The notes beneath the pieces were generated by a model that saw nothing but the letters and a program-made list of their open reading frames with translations, did not search any database and had not been told where the DNA came from. Positions 10,100-19,851 of a stretch of DNA of 64,000 nt are shown piece after piece. The stretch lies in contig CAYGFH010000003.1 of assembly GCA_964349125.1 (NCBI GenBank), positions 103,194 to 167,193 of the forward strand. The letters run 5' to 3'. How positions within the stretch are numbered: the first letter of the stretch is position 1; every line of letters begins with the position of its first letter. The position numbers and the translations under genes are program-made. Source of the stretch: an uncultured Gammaproteobacteria bacterium (GTDB taxonomy: Bacteria > Patescibacteriota > Microgenomatia > UBA10105 > UBA927).

Positions 10100-11143
10100 A
10101 TGAGATTTACTACCGTTCAAAAAGCATTTGGAGCCATCATTGTAGCGAATATCATTTGGAGTGCTGCGTCTGTTATTTTTAAAATATCTCTGACGAACAT
10201 CCCTCCGTTTACCCTCGCGTTTCTCCGGTTTGCCATTGCTCCGCTTCTCATACTGCCGCTTCTCGGAAAGAAGGCTCAACTGCATCTCCATGAACGGCGC
10301 GATCTCTGGGCACTCGTTGCCTATGCATTAAGCGGCATAACGGGAAATATCATTTTTTACTTTCTTGGATTACAGCGTACCTATGCGATAAATGCCACAA
10401 TCATTGCTTCAGGAGCGCCTATCCTCACGCTCTTTCTGGCTCATACCTTTCTTCGCGAGAAAGTCAGCTTCAGAAAGCTCTCAGGTTTTCTGTTTGGCGC
10501 AGCAGGACTTGGAGTCATAATACTGCAACCGCTCCAGGCTCATGAAATTGATGGAACGGTGTCAGGCAATCTGTTTATGGTACTGGCAATACTCTGCGCC
10601 GTGATCCAGACTATTATCGGTAGAAATATTTTACAAAAATATAATCCACTCACATTTACCTTTTGGGCATTTATCATCGGGGCTGCCAGCTTCCTCCCAC
10701 TTGCTGTGCATGAGTACATCACCATCCCCCATCTGATACCTTCCCTCGATTGGCGGGGTTTTATGGGCATAGCGTACGGATCTTTATTTTCCAGTGCGAT
10801 TGCGTATTCACTCTTTGCGTGGGGGTTATCAAAAATATCCGCAACAGATACATCGCTTATCGCACATCTGGATCCGATTATCGGGACTATTCTGGGGTAT
10901 TTTGTCCTGAGTGAGCCTATCACCCGCCCGTTTATCACCGGTGCAATACTTATCTTTGTTGGTATTTATATTGCAGAAGGACGGCTTCACTATCATCCTA
11001 TTCACAAACTTCGGCGCATCAAAGAGCCTTTTGAAGATGTCCCCATCGTACTATCACCTCATCCCGTGAAGCGGCATAATGCGCATACCAAGGATGTGAT
11101 AGCCGCACTCTACGGCAAGGGTGATTCTACTGATACGCACTGA
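10100..11143 (+). CDS. EamA/DMT family transporter
   Basis: Ten predicted TM helices in two EamA-like repeats. Confidence 0.75.
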   Translation: MRFTTVQKAFGAIIVANIIWSAASVIFKISLTNIPPFTLAFLRFAIAPLLILPLLGKKAQLHLHERRDLWALVAYALSGITGNIIFYFLGLQRTYAINATIIASGAPILTLFLAHTFLREKVSFRKLSGFLFGAAGLGVIILQPLQAHEIDGTVSGNLFMVLAILCAVIQTIIGRNILQKYNPLTFTFWAFIIGAASFLPLAVHEYITIPHLIPSLDWRGFMGIAYGSLFSSAIAYSLFAWGLSKISATDTSLIAHLDPIIGTILGYFVLSEPITRPFITGAILIFVGIYIAEGRLHYHPIHKLRRIKEPFEDVPIVLSPHPVKRHNAHTKDVIAALYGKGDSTDTH

Positions 11144-11185
11144 TAATAGACAGAATGGCCACGGGAATGATATAATAAATATCTT

Positions 11186-11494
11186 ATGAAAACGACGATT
11201 CACCCACAATGGTTCAGCGACGCAAGTGTTGTGTGTTCCTGTGGGAACAAATTTACCGTAGGATCCACCCGAAAAGATATCCACGTTGATATCTGCTCAA
11301 AGTGCCATCCGTTCTATACCGGTGAAATGAAGTTCGTCGATACGCTCGGTCGCGTGGAGAAATTCCAACAGAAACAGAAAGCCGCAGCCGCAAAAGCCGG
11401 CGAACTGGCTGAAAAGAAGAAAAAGAAAGAAGAGCGAGTCGCAAGCCTCAAGAATCAGAAATCCCTCAAGGACATGTTGATGGGTATTAAGTAG
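11186..11494 (+). CDS. rpmE: Ribosomal protein L31 with a Lys-rich C-terminal extension
   Basis: CSCGNKF...[10 protein letters not shown] zinc-ribbon L31 core, then a KKKKKEE tail. Confidence 0.85.
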   Translation: MKTTIHPQWFSDASVVCSCGNKFTVGSTRKDIHVDICSKCHPFYTGEMKFVDTLGRVEKFQQKQKAAAAKAGELAEKKKKKEERVASLKNQKSLKDMLMGIK

Positions 11495-11572
11495 ATACCC
11501 AAAATTTCCAAATCACAATGTCCAAATCTAAATTTTTCCTTTTTGGTATTTGGATTTTGAGTGTAGGTTATT

Positions 11573-12277
11573 ATGTCATATAACAACAACGTAGCTATAT
11601 TAGAATTTCGAGCAGGTCCAGGTGGAGACGAAGCGAAGATTTGGGCTACAGACCTTATGCGGATGTATACTCGCTACGCTAATATCATCGGGTGGAAAGT
11701 AGATGAAGTATCCGAAAATGCGATACGGATAAAAGGTCCCAGCGCATTTGAAAAGCTCCAATATGAAGCAGGAACCCACAGAGTACAACGTGTACCCACA
11801 ACAGAGCGTGCAGGTCGTATACATACATCAACAGCAACCGTTGCTGTTCTCCCTGAAATACCGGAAACAGAGGTCGTCATACGCAATGAAGATATAGAGT
11901 GGGATTTTTTCCGGAGCGGTGGTGCAGGAGGACAAAACGTAAATAAAGTAAGCTCTGCAGCACGTCTCCGACATAAACCGACAGGTATCGTCGTGTCATG
12001 CCAGATTGAACGCGACCAGTTCCAAAATCGGCAAGTTGCACTCACGATGCTTCGTGCCAAACTGTGGGAAATGCAGGAACTGAAAGCAGCCGCAACAATC
12101 GGCGCAGCCCGCAGTGTCATCGGTCGCGGGATGCGTGCCGAAAAGATCCGCACCTATAACTATCCGCAAAACCGGGTAACCGATCACCGCATCAACAAAA
12201 GCTGGCATAACCTCGATGATATCGTCGGCGGAAAGATGCAGAAGATTACCGAAGCAATGGTCACGTCACAGGCATAA
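11573..12277 (+). CDS. prfA: Class I peptide chain release factor (RF1-like) lacking N-terminal domain 1
   Basis: GGQ motif ([12 protein letters not shown]) and a PxT-type recognition loop ([14 protein letters not shown]). Only 234 aa. It aligns to RF1 residues ~108-355, and only ~78 nt separate it from rpmE. Confidence 0.75.
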   Translation: MSYNNNVAILEFRAGPGGDEAKIWATDLMRMYTRYANIIGWKVDEVSENAIRIKGPSAFEKLQYEAGTHRVQRVPTTERAGRIHTSTATVAVLPEIPETEVVIRNEDIEWDFFRSGGAGGQNVNKVSSAARLRHKPTGIVVSCQIERDQFQNRQVALTMLRAKLWEMQELKAAATIGAARSVIGRGMRAEKIRTYNYPQNRVTDHRINKSWHNLDDIVGGKMQKITEAMVTSQA

Positions 12278-12280
12278 TTG

Positions 12281-12838
12281 TCACTTCGAAAGCAACGTCA
12301 TTTTATCTCTCCGGGCCGCAAATTCCCTGTAAGACATATCCGGAGAAAACTGAAATGCGTATTCCCTCTCATCCATAAATTTACACAGAGATTTCAGCTG
12401 CGTGTTAAGTCCCGTGTTGAATTGATACTCATCAAACTTTCTATGTATGATCCTCTTTTCGGGAAACAGGTGTTGCGCAATCTTCACTTTATGCGTGGGA
12501 ACATCTGCAAATCCATCATAGGCGGTGTATAACTGCAGCTGCTCATGGGGAGTTAATATTTCCGCGACACGCGGGGTAACACGCAGCAGCCCAACAAGCG
12601 TGTTTCGAACCTGGAATCCACTATGATTTTCCGTTAGCTGGCAGAATATGGCCTGAAAATTCAGCTTCCCTCTGGACTCCGCAAAGCTCCGGATTATAAA
12701 GGACGTGAATGTTTGCCTGGTAACTAGCTCAAATGGCGCATACTCCCCTAGCTGATCCGGCTCAAGCGGTATAGAAAAATCAGCTAGTGTCAGGATTGTG
12801 GCATCTGCCGACCCTTCATAGACATAGCGTTCAGACAT
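12281..12838 (-). CDS. Hypothetical protein
   Basis: 185 aa ORF convergent with prfA. No motif recognised. Confidence 0.4.
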   Translation of the reverse strand: MSERYVYEGSADATILTLADFSIPLEPDQLGEYAPFELVTRQTFTSFIIRSFAESRGKLNFQAIFCQLTENHSGFQVRNTLVGLLRVTPRVAEILTPHEQLQLYTAYDGFADVPTHKVKIAQHLFPEKRIIHRKFDEYQFNTGLNTQLKSLCKFMDEREYAFQFSPDMSYREFAARRDKMTLLSK

Positions 12839-12839
12839 G

Positions 12840-14030
12840 TTATTGATCCGATTGGTTCCCCAGCCGCACGGAAACGGTTTCTTCCTGGGAGTCCCGGTAG
12901 ACAGTCACGGAAATGGTGTCTCCAACTTTTTTCTTGCTTATGTGCTTTGACAGCTCAGCATTATCTCCTGAGAGTCTGACACCGTCTATTTTAGTAACGA
13001 TATCTTCTTCTTTGATTCCTGCATTTTCAGCTGGGCTGTCGGGTACTACTTCTATGATGTATGCCCCTTCCGGCACGTCGTTAAGAAGGGCAACATCCCG
13101 GGTAACCAGTTTATACCGTACACCCAGATATGGGCGGTCAAATTGGCCTGTCTGGTTAAAGTTTGTTATGGCATCTTTAATCACGTTGATCGGCAAGGCA
13201 AATCCTATATTTTGGCCGTCTGATGATACGGCGGTATTTACACCCACGACCTGACCCGATGAGTTGAGAAGCGGTCCGCCGGAATTACCGAAATTGATCG
13301 CGGCATCTGTCTGGATGACATTATCAAGCCGCTCTGCGTCTCCCACGAACGGACTTCCTGCTGTAATACCACGTCCCATGCCAGATATCACCCCCGTCGT
13401 TACTGTGTTTCTAAATTCTCCCAAGGCAGTACCGATGGCGATGGCAAGTTGTCCTACTTTGATCTTTGAGGAGTCTCCCATATCCACGACAGGAAGCCCA
13501 CTTGCCGAAATTTTCAGCAGTGCGAGATCATTAACGGGATCTCGATAAATTTTTGTCACTTCGAAGGATTTATCATCCTTGGTGATGACTTTATAGGTGG
13601 CATCAGGATCTGACACAACGTGTTTGTTGGTCACGATAAGGCCGTCTGCTGCCACAATAAAGCCGCTCCCGATATCCTGTTCGATTTTCTGCTGTTTGCC
13701 TCCCGTCGGCGCCCGAAAGGGAGCAAAGGGGTCAAACGGATCTATCTGGAATATATCTCCTACACGACGTGTCTTTGTGATACCGATTGTCACAACCGAC
13801 GGGGATACTTTGTCCACCACATCAATAACCACAGATTCTTCTGAGACTACCTTTACCTTTTCACCTGATAATTGGGCAAACCCTTTTGTTGGCGCTGCGG
13901 GTAGTTTTATGAAGCGCTCCACATAGGACCAATTAAGTCCGAACGTACCCGAGGCAACTATGGTACCAACTGCGACGCACGCAATTGCAATGATAAGAAC
14001 AACATTTTGTTTTTTAGCTGTAGATTTCAT
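12840..14030 (-). CDS. htrA: HtrA/DegP-family serine protease with PDZ domain
   Basis: Trypsin-like motif GNSGGPL, a C-terminal PDZ domain and an N-terminal TM anchor. Confidence 0.9.
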   Translation of the reverse strand: MKSTAKKQNVVLIIAIACVAVGTIVASGTFGLNWSYVERFIKLPAAPTKGFAQLSGEKVKVVSEESVVIDVVDKVSPSVVTIGITKTRRVGDIFQIDPFDPFAPFRAPTGGKQQKIEQDIGSGFIVAADGLIVTNKHVVSDPDATYKVITKDDKSFEVTKIYRDPVNDLALLKISASGLPVVDMGDSSKIKVGQLAIAIGTALGEFRNTVTTGVISGMGRGITAGSPFVGDAERLDNVIQTDAAINFGNSGGPLLNSSGQVVGVNTAVSSDGQNIGFALPINVIKDAITNFNQTGQFDRPYLGVRYKLVTRDVALLNDVPEGAYIIEVVPDSPAENAGIKEEDIVTKIDGVRLSGDNAELSKHISKKKVGDTISVTVYRDSQEETVSVRLGNQSDQ

Positions 14031-14083
14031 GATCCTCCTTCCTTATGACAACATGAACTACATTTCTGTACTATTTTAGAAGA

Positions 14084-15367
14084 TTATTGTAATAACATTT
14101 CCACGGCTTTTGCAAGTTGTGCATCCGCCGTCGCGTCAAAACTTTCCATCTCTACGAGCACATCGGGAGTGACACCCTTTTTGTGAATCCAGTCTCCCTT
14201 CGGAAGCAACCATTTACCTGTGGTGATATGAATGCCGGCTCCACCCGGAAGATCTTCAGGAGTCTGAACAGAGCCTTTGCCAAATGTGACTTCACCAACC
14301 AGTTTGGCACGGTTATAATCACGGAGAGCTCCCGCCACAATTTCCGCGGCCGACGCGCTTCCTTTATTTACCAGCACCACCATCGGGATGGTAAGCAGTT
14401 TTCCTTTGCGAAGAACAGGATATTCCTCTACCGTCCCGTTGCTGTTTTGCTGAGACGCGATATTTCCTTTGGTGACAAATTCACTGCCTATATATACAGC
14501 GCCTTCCAGATAGCCGCCGGGATTGTTTCTGAGATCAAATATGAGTCCCTTGAGTGACGGATCCTTGGCCTGTGCATTTGCCACTGATGTGACAGCTTTG
14601 TCCCACTCATCACTGGTCCTGTCGCCAAATCGGGAGAGCCGGATATATGCGACCTTGCTGCCTGAACTAATCAAATTCTTGATCGCCGGAACTCCGGATA
14701 TTTCCTTGATTTCCGACGGTGTCTTCATCCAGGAGTCCACAGAGGCAACAACAATTGTGTTTCGTACAATACTTACCTCCACCGTTTTAGATTCTTTTTC
14801 GTGGAGTATCGTCAGATTTACTGTGGTACCGCGCGGCCCACGGATTTTTGTAACAGCCTGAGCTACCGTCCAGCCGGATGTGTCTTCACCGTTTACTTTA
14901 AGGATATAGTCGCCAGCCCGGATGCCTGCTTTTTCCGCCGGATTATCTTTGATGGGGGCTACCACCATAATGGTGTTATCCTTTATGCCGAGTTGTGCTC
15001 CAATGCCCTCAAATTGGCCTCCCAGTTCCTCTTTAAAGTCTTTGTTCTCTGTCGGTGGTAGAAACATCGTATAGGGATCTCCAAGTGATGAGACCATGCC
15101 TGAGATAGCACCGTATACCATCTTCTGGGTATCCATATTCGCGCGGTCTATGTAGGTCTGGGACAATCGTTTCCATACTTCCCAGAACAGTGAAAAATCC
15201 ACGGTGGATCCTGAAGAATTTTCCTGGTTTACGACCGGCCGGTTGCCTACTTCGGTGGATATGGTCGGATTCTTTTGCCCAAATCGGTACCCGATACTGA
15301 CACAGATAATACAAAATGAGATAAGAAGTATGTACTTACGCACTGATGAAAACGGTACTGATTTCAT
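14084..15367 (-). CDS. ctpA: Carboxyl-terminal processing protease (S41)
   Basis: S41 motifs including FDLRNNPGGYL. PDZ domain. N-terminal TM helix. Confidence 0.88.
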   Translation of the reverse strand: MKSVPFSSVRKYILLISFCIICVSIGYRFGQKNPTISTEVGNRPVVNQENSSGSTVDFSLFWEVWKRLSQTYIDRANMDTQKMVYGAISGMVSSLGDPYTMFLPPTENKDFKEELGGQFEGIGAQLGIKDNTIMVVAPIKDNPAEKAGIRAGDYILKVNGEDTSGWTVAQAVTKIRGPRGTTVNLTILHEKESKTVEVSIVRNTIVVASVDSWMKTPSEIKEISGVPAIKNLISSGSKVAYIRLSRFGDRTSDEWDKAVTSVANAQAKDPSLKGLIFDLRNNPGGYLEGAVYIGSEFVTKGNIASQQNSNGTVEEYPVLRKGKLLTIPMVVLVNKGSASAAEIVAGALRDYNRAKLVGEVTFGKGSVQTPEDLPGGAGIHITTGKWLLPKGDWIHKKGVTPDVLVEMESFDATADAQLAKAVEMLLQ

Positions 15368-15480
15368 AGAGATACCAACGGATTAGTCCATACTATCAAT
15401 AACACTTCCGTGCTGTAAATGGGGAGAATCCGTCAGGTAAACGCCAATTTTCATCCTGAATTCAGGATACTACGTGACTA

Positions 15481-15720
15481 TTATGCCCGTACGATAAACG
15501 GCAACAAAGCCACGTGTCTGGCCTGTTTGATGACTCGCATGACATCTCTCTGATGTCTGCTGCAAATGCCGGTTCGGCTACTTGCCAATACCTTACCGCG
15601 CTCTGTCATGAATTTACCCAGCATGGTGACGTCTTTGTAATCAGGCACCGTGTTGTTGTCACAAAAATTGCAATTTCGTGCAACCGGTCGTAGTCTTTTC
15701 TGCTTTTTCTTTGGTTTCAT
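15481..15720 (-). CDS. rpsR: Ribosomal protein S18
   Basis: 79 aa typical S18 sequence. Confidence 0.9.
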   Translation of the reverse strand: MKPKKKQKRLRPVARNCNFCDNNTVPDYKDVTMLGKFMTERGKVLASSRTGICSRHQRDVMRVIKQARHVALLPFIVRA

Positions 15721-15732
15721 ATGGCTCCTTTA

Positions 15733-16254
15733 TTAAAACGGAATATCATCCGGGTTTATATCTTCTGAACCTGTCGGCCCCGATTGAATCGGGGTCGGTG
15801 CAGAAGTCTTTTCTGGCTGTGTTGTTGCCGGCTTTTTCGTAACCGGAGCAGGTGTGGACTGGACCGGTTGTGAGAGTGACACACCTTCCCCTTCCCCACC
15901 TTCAGCACCGCCTGTTCGCTTTGAATCAAGAATGATCATGTCTTCGATGACTACTTCTGTGGTATTTCTCTGTGAGCCGTCCTGACCTGTCCATGTGTTT
16001 GTCCTGAGCCGACCTTCCACAAAAATTTTTCGACCCTTCGCGAGCAGTTGGCTGCAAAGTTCGGCAAGCTTATTCCACGCAACGACGCGATGGAATTCTG
16101 TTTCTTCTTTTTTCTCACCTGATTCTGTGGTCCAAGTGCGGTTGGTGGCAAGACCAAGTGTACAGACAGCTGCGCCGGTAGGTGTGTATCGGAGTTCCGG
16201 ATCACGGGTGAGGTTTCCAATCAGTTGTACTTTATTTAAACTTCTGGAAGACAT
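15733..16254 (-). CDS. ssb: Single-stranded DNA-binding protein
   Basis: OB fold with an acidic C-terminal tip DDIPF. Confidence 0.9.
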   Translation of the reverse strand: MSSRSLNKVQLIGNLTRDPELRYTPTGAAVCTLGLATNRTWTTESGEKKEETEFHRVVAWNKLAELCSQLLAKGRKIFVEGRLRTNTWTGQDGSQRNTTEVVIEDMIILDSKRTGGAEGGEGEGVSLSQPVQSTPAPVTKKPATTQPEKTSAPTPIQSGPTGSEDINPDDIPF

Positions 16255-16255
16255 A

Positions 16256-16534
16256 TTACTTTTTGGCTATCAACAGGAATCGGATTACATCTGTACCCAT
16301 TTGTACTTTCTTTTCCAATTCATTGACATGCACATGCTCGCCTTCAAGCTGAGCTGTGACATAGATGGCTTCTGAGAATTTTTTGATGACGTATGCCATC
16401 TTCTTTTTCCCAAGAAGTGCAACTTCTGTTACGGTTGCCTCTCCCGCTACCATTTTTTCCACCATTTCCTTGGCGGACTTTTCTGTGACCTCTACGGTCG
16501 GTGCAAATAAAACCATCAATTCGTAATTACGCAT
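16256..16534 (-). CDS. rpsF: Ribosomal protein S6
   Basis: MRNYELMVLF... Canonical rpsF-ssb-rpsR order. Confidence 0.9.
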   Translation of the reverse strand: MRNYELMVLFAPTVEVTEKSAKEMVEKMVAGEATVTEVALLGKKKMAYVIKKFSEAIYVTAQLEGEHVHVNELEKKVQMGTDVIRFLLIAKK

Positions 16535-16607
16535 AAGGGTTTAATGATACCATGAAGCGCTTTTTGAGGCAAGAGAGAGTTGGCAACTCTACCAGACAAT
16601 CGCAGAA

Positions 16608-17684
16608 TTACGCGCCGATTTTGAATTCAATGACATCGCCGTCCTGTACTATGTACTCTTTTCCTTCAAACCGAGCTTTGCCGTGCTCGCGAGCTGCTTT
16701 CCAGCCACGGAGTGTGGTGAAATCGCCATAAGAAACCGTATCAGATTTGATAAACTTCTTTTCAAAATCCGTATGGATCGTGCCAGCAGCAGCCGGCGCC
16801 TTCATACCCTTTTCTATCGTCCATGCCCGCACCTCTTTTTCCCCGCAGGTCAAAAATGAGATGAGGCCAAGCGTCTCATATGCTTTACGGATCAACAGAT
16901 CCAGTCCCGATGCCGTAACGCCGAGAGAGGCAAGATACTCTGTCTGCTCATCTGCATTCATACCAGCGAGCTCAGATTCCGTCTGTGCACAGATAAACAC
17001 GATCGGTGAAATCGGCGTAGATGGCGGTGTCGCCAGTTGGCCCTCGGACACATTCCCGATATAGAGAATCGGTTTCATGGTCAAAAGCTGGAGCGGCACA
17101 AGCAGTTCCCACTCATCGGGATCGGTAATGACCGTGCGGGCCAGTTTGCCTGCATCGAGCTCAGGTTTGAGGCGCTTGACCAGTTCAAAGCGTGCGCGAT
17201 CCTCTTTCGTCGCGTTCATTTTCGGTTCAGTTTGTTTGCTCAGGGTCTGTAAGTCAGACAAAATCAGCTCTGTTTCCACAATCTCCCGGTCACGTCCGGC
17301 ATCTGGCGCTCCCTCGACGTGGACGATATTGGGATCTTCAAAAAATCGCAGCACATGGCAAATAATGTTTACCTCGCGTATGTGGGACAAAAATTTGTTC
17401 CCCAACCCCTGCCCTTCTGACGCTCCTTTCACCAGTCCCGCAATATCCACAAACTCAACAACAGCGGGTACAAGCGGAGGCAATTTTTCCAGCTTTTCTT
17501 CCTCTTTGGTAATCTCGGCTAGCTTAGCAAGACGTTCATCAGGTACCGGGACAACACCTATATTTGGTTCAATCGTTGCGAATGGATAGTTGGCAGCCAA
17601 CGCCTGCTGTTTTTTAAGCAGCGCATTAAATAAAGTAGACTTCCCCACGTTTGCCAACCCAACGATGCCGATTTTCAGATTCAT
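16608..17684 (-). CDS. ychF: Ribosome-binding ATPase YchF
   Basis: G1 GLANVGKST, a TGS domain and a C-terminal YchF domain. Confidence 0.9.
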   Translation of the reverse strand: MNLKIGIVGLANVGKSTLFNALLKKQQALAANYPFATIEPNIGVVPVPDERLAKLAEITKEEEKLEKLPPLVPAVVEFVDIAGLVKGASEGQGLGNKFLSHIREVNIICHVLRFFEDPNIVHVEGAPDAGRDREIVETELILSDLQTLSKQTEPKMNATKEDRARFELVKRLKPELDAGKLARTVITDPDEWELLVPLQLLTMKPILYIGNVSEGQLATPPSTPISPIVFICAQTESELAGMNADEQTEYLASLGVTASGLDLLIRKAYETLGLISFLTCGEKEVRAWTIEKGMKAPAAAGTIHTDFEKKFIKSDTVSYGDFTTLRGWKAAREHGKARFEGKEYIVQDGDVIEFKIGA

Positions 17685-17765
17685 GGGGATAATTGTAGCA
17701 TGAAAAGAAGATTTATTGTTATGATTCCACCCGACTCACATGAATCGATTCATGTGAGTTATTAT
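17685..17765. repeat. ~80 bp promoter/operator module, copy A, containing a 20 bp perfect palindrome
   Basis: GGGGATAATTGTAGCATGAAAA...TTATGATTC...CACATGAATCGATTCATGTGAGTTA. Read on the minus strand it gives an extended -10 (TGCTACAAT) a few nt upstream of the ychF ATG. About 88% identical to copy B. Confidence 0.7.
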
Positions 17766-17817
17766 GCATACTCTTGGTATTCCCACACTATGCATGCTAT
17801 TGAAGTAATATACGGTT

Positions 17818-19020
17818 TTAATTATTCTGCCATTCAAATGATCTTGCTGTGTTTGTGTTAGGTTTAACAAACTTTACGCCGACCTCGTAGAGTCTTGAGT
17901 TGCTTTCATCGCGTGTAGTTCCATATTCCTCTAAAATCTTCTCAGCAATCTCCGGGGTATGCGCGAAGAATATATGATATTTGGCAGGCGTTTCACGATC
18001 GAGAGGATTCACAATTATAAACTCACTCGCTTCTGATGGCAATAATGGCAACGCTAATACACTGGCTCTGGATCCTGTATTTCTAAAAACAGCTTCAAAT
18101 TCCTGTGCTACGTTACCCCTTACGATTTGACAGTATTTTATATACGTATCAAAAAATGTATCTGCATATTTTCCGAGTTCAGGGTATTGAAGAAGTGAAG
18201 ATGTAATACTTTCGATCACCTGCGCTCGTTCCAAAACGCTGTAATTTGGAAAATCCTCATGAGAAAAGCGATCAATATCTTCTGTCGTTACTCCAATTTC
18301 CAATTTTTGTTCCTGTGACATTCCCGAATACCGTCTCCATAATTTTGGAGAATATGTCTGTACTGCTGCTACCAGTTTTTTCAGCAAAAATATGTTCCCC
18401 TCCTCCTCGGATTCGATGGCGAACATATGACTTAATACAGCGTCCTCGTCAGCATCAGCATTTGTAACTCCCTCGGCTAACCGTCCCAGAAATTCCTGTG
18501 GTGACACAGAAAGAATAAGTGAATCTTCTAAAATTTTAAAACCTTTTCTGACGCGTTCAGATCCAATTTGCCAACCGGGTGTTCGTCCGAATTGCTCAAT
18601 TAATACTCGTGCAGCAGCATACCGCACAGGAACAGAGCCTTCCGGAACTGTGTGGATATATTCACTTGGAACTGCTCGTGGATCGAAATTAAACGGGATT
18701 TCTGCTGATGGTCTTTTTTCTGATTGATGTAATAATTCATATAGGCTTGGGTTCAATTCTTTTGCCTTTTCCAAGATCCAACCACCCACAAGGTTACATT
18801 CAGCATACCGTTGAATTGTCTTTTCATTCCCACCGAAGGTTTCAGCTACCATTGAAGGATTTGGACAACCGTCAAGTACACCTAAAACACGTAAACGTTC
18901 ATCTATCGATGCATCAGGAAAGTAGTTATCTGTGCCTTCGACCCAATTTTTCGCAAAATGTAATTCTGCTGAAATTTCAACTGTCATAATAGTCGGATAA
19001 TTTGAATCGAATAATACCAA
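17818..19020 (-). CDS. Hypothetical protein (400 aa), accessory cassette
   Basis: Long ORF with below-average GC and no recognisable motif. Confidence 0.5.
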   Translation of the reverse strand: MVLFDSNYPTIMTVEISAELHFAKNWVEGTDNYFPDASIDERLRVLGVLDGCPNPSMVAETFGGNEKTIQRYAECNLVGGWILEKAKELNPSLYELLHQSEKRPSAEIPFNFDPRAVPSEYIHTVPEGSVPVRYAAARVLIEQFGRTPGWQIGSERVRKGFKILEDSLILSVSPQEFLGRLAEGVTNADADEDAVLSHMFAIESEEEGNIFLLKKLVAAVQTYSPKLWRRYSGMSQEQKLEIGVTTEDIDRFSHEDFPNYSVLERAQVIESITSSLLQYPELGKYADTFFDTYIKYCQIVRGNVAQEFEAVFRNTGSRASVLALPLLPSEASEFIIVNPLDRETPAKYHIFFAHTPEIAEKILEEYGTTRDESNSRLYEVGVKFVKPNTNTARSFEWQNN

Positions 19021-19124
19021 AATCCAGCCAGGAAGTCAAACTATAGGTCTTATTTTATAACCTAACTCTACGTCAAAAGTATTATATTTTGAAATCCCGA
19101 TATGTCTAGGTCTAAAGGAATTAA

Positions 19125-19673
19125 TTACCGAATATCTACATCCATGTATCCATCAGGAGCAAGAAGATCATATGCCTGCCGAAGAAATTTTTCCCTAAAA
19201 TCATCCAACTGCACACCTCTGGCTGATAGTACTCTGAGCGCATCAAAATCAGGATTAGAACCAACAAAGCGATGTGAGTGTATGAGGTCGAATGTTCTGC
19301 CAGAAAGAATAGGGATACTTCGTAAGCCACCACTTATAACCGTTTGAATAACATCCGCACTAACCCAATGAAGCAGTCTCGCGTCAACCCCCTCCTGTGG
19401 TTTTACATCGACTGAAAATACCTGGGCACCAAATACGGCACAGGTTCTGGAAAACCACGGAGGATACTCACTCGCCAATGATCCTGAGGCAATATCCAAC
19501 ACATATTGACCTTTAAGCACTGACCATGGAGCATCAGGTGATATCCAATTAGCAATTGCAGTTCGAAGTATTGCTATCGACGGCTTCGCCCGTTTGGCAT
19601 CTTTGCCAAACAACGGATGCAACCTATCCATCGCTTCTTCTACGAAATTTGGAGACATGTCATATTCATTCAT
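19125..19673 (-). CDS. Hypothetical protein, possible class I SAM-methyltransferase fold
   Basis: VLDIASGS (weak motif I) and LLAPDGYM (post-II-like). 182 aa. Confidence 0.4.
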   Translation of the reverse strand: MNEYDMSPNFVEEAMDRLHPLFGKDAKRAKPSIAILRTAIANWISPDAPWSVLKGQYVLDIASGSLASEYPPWFSRTCAVFGAQVFSVDVKPQEGVDARLLHWVSADVIQTVISGGLRSIPILSGRTFDLIHSHRFVGSNPDFDALRVLSARGVQLDDFREKFLRQAYDLLAPDGYMDVDIR

Positions 19674-19711
19674 TGAAGTATAGATATTCTTTCATCAATC
19701 GTGTGTGATTC

Positions 19712-19792
19712 TGGGGATAATTGTAGCATGAAAACCTGATTTATAGTTATGATTCTACTCAATACACATGAATCGATTCATGTGAGTTAGTT
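19712..19792. repeat. ~80 bp promoter/operator module, copy B, containing the 20 bp palindrome
   Basis: Near-identical to copy A, including TGCTACAAT and CACATGAATCGATTCATGTG (core ~19765-19784). Sits ~40 nt upstream of the minus-strand gene that starts at 19673. Confidence 0.7.
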
Positions 19793-19851
19793 TCGCTATT
19801 TTCTGATGTGTCTAGCTATTTCACACTTAGTATATGTTACGATTCCATGGA

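Noticed and set aside
12281-12838. Considered whether this minus-strand ORF encodes the missing RF1 domain 1 or prmC
   Set aside because: It is on the opposite strand. It has no similarity to the RF N-terminal domain or to the HemK methyltransferase motifs (no NPPY).
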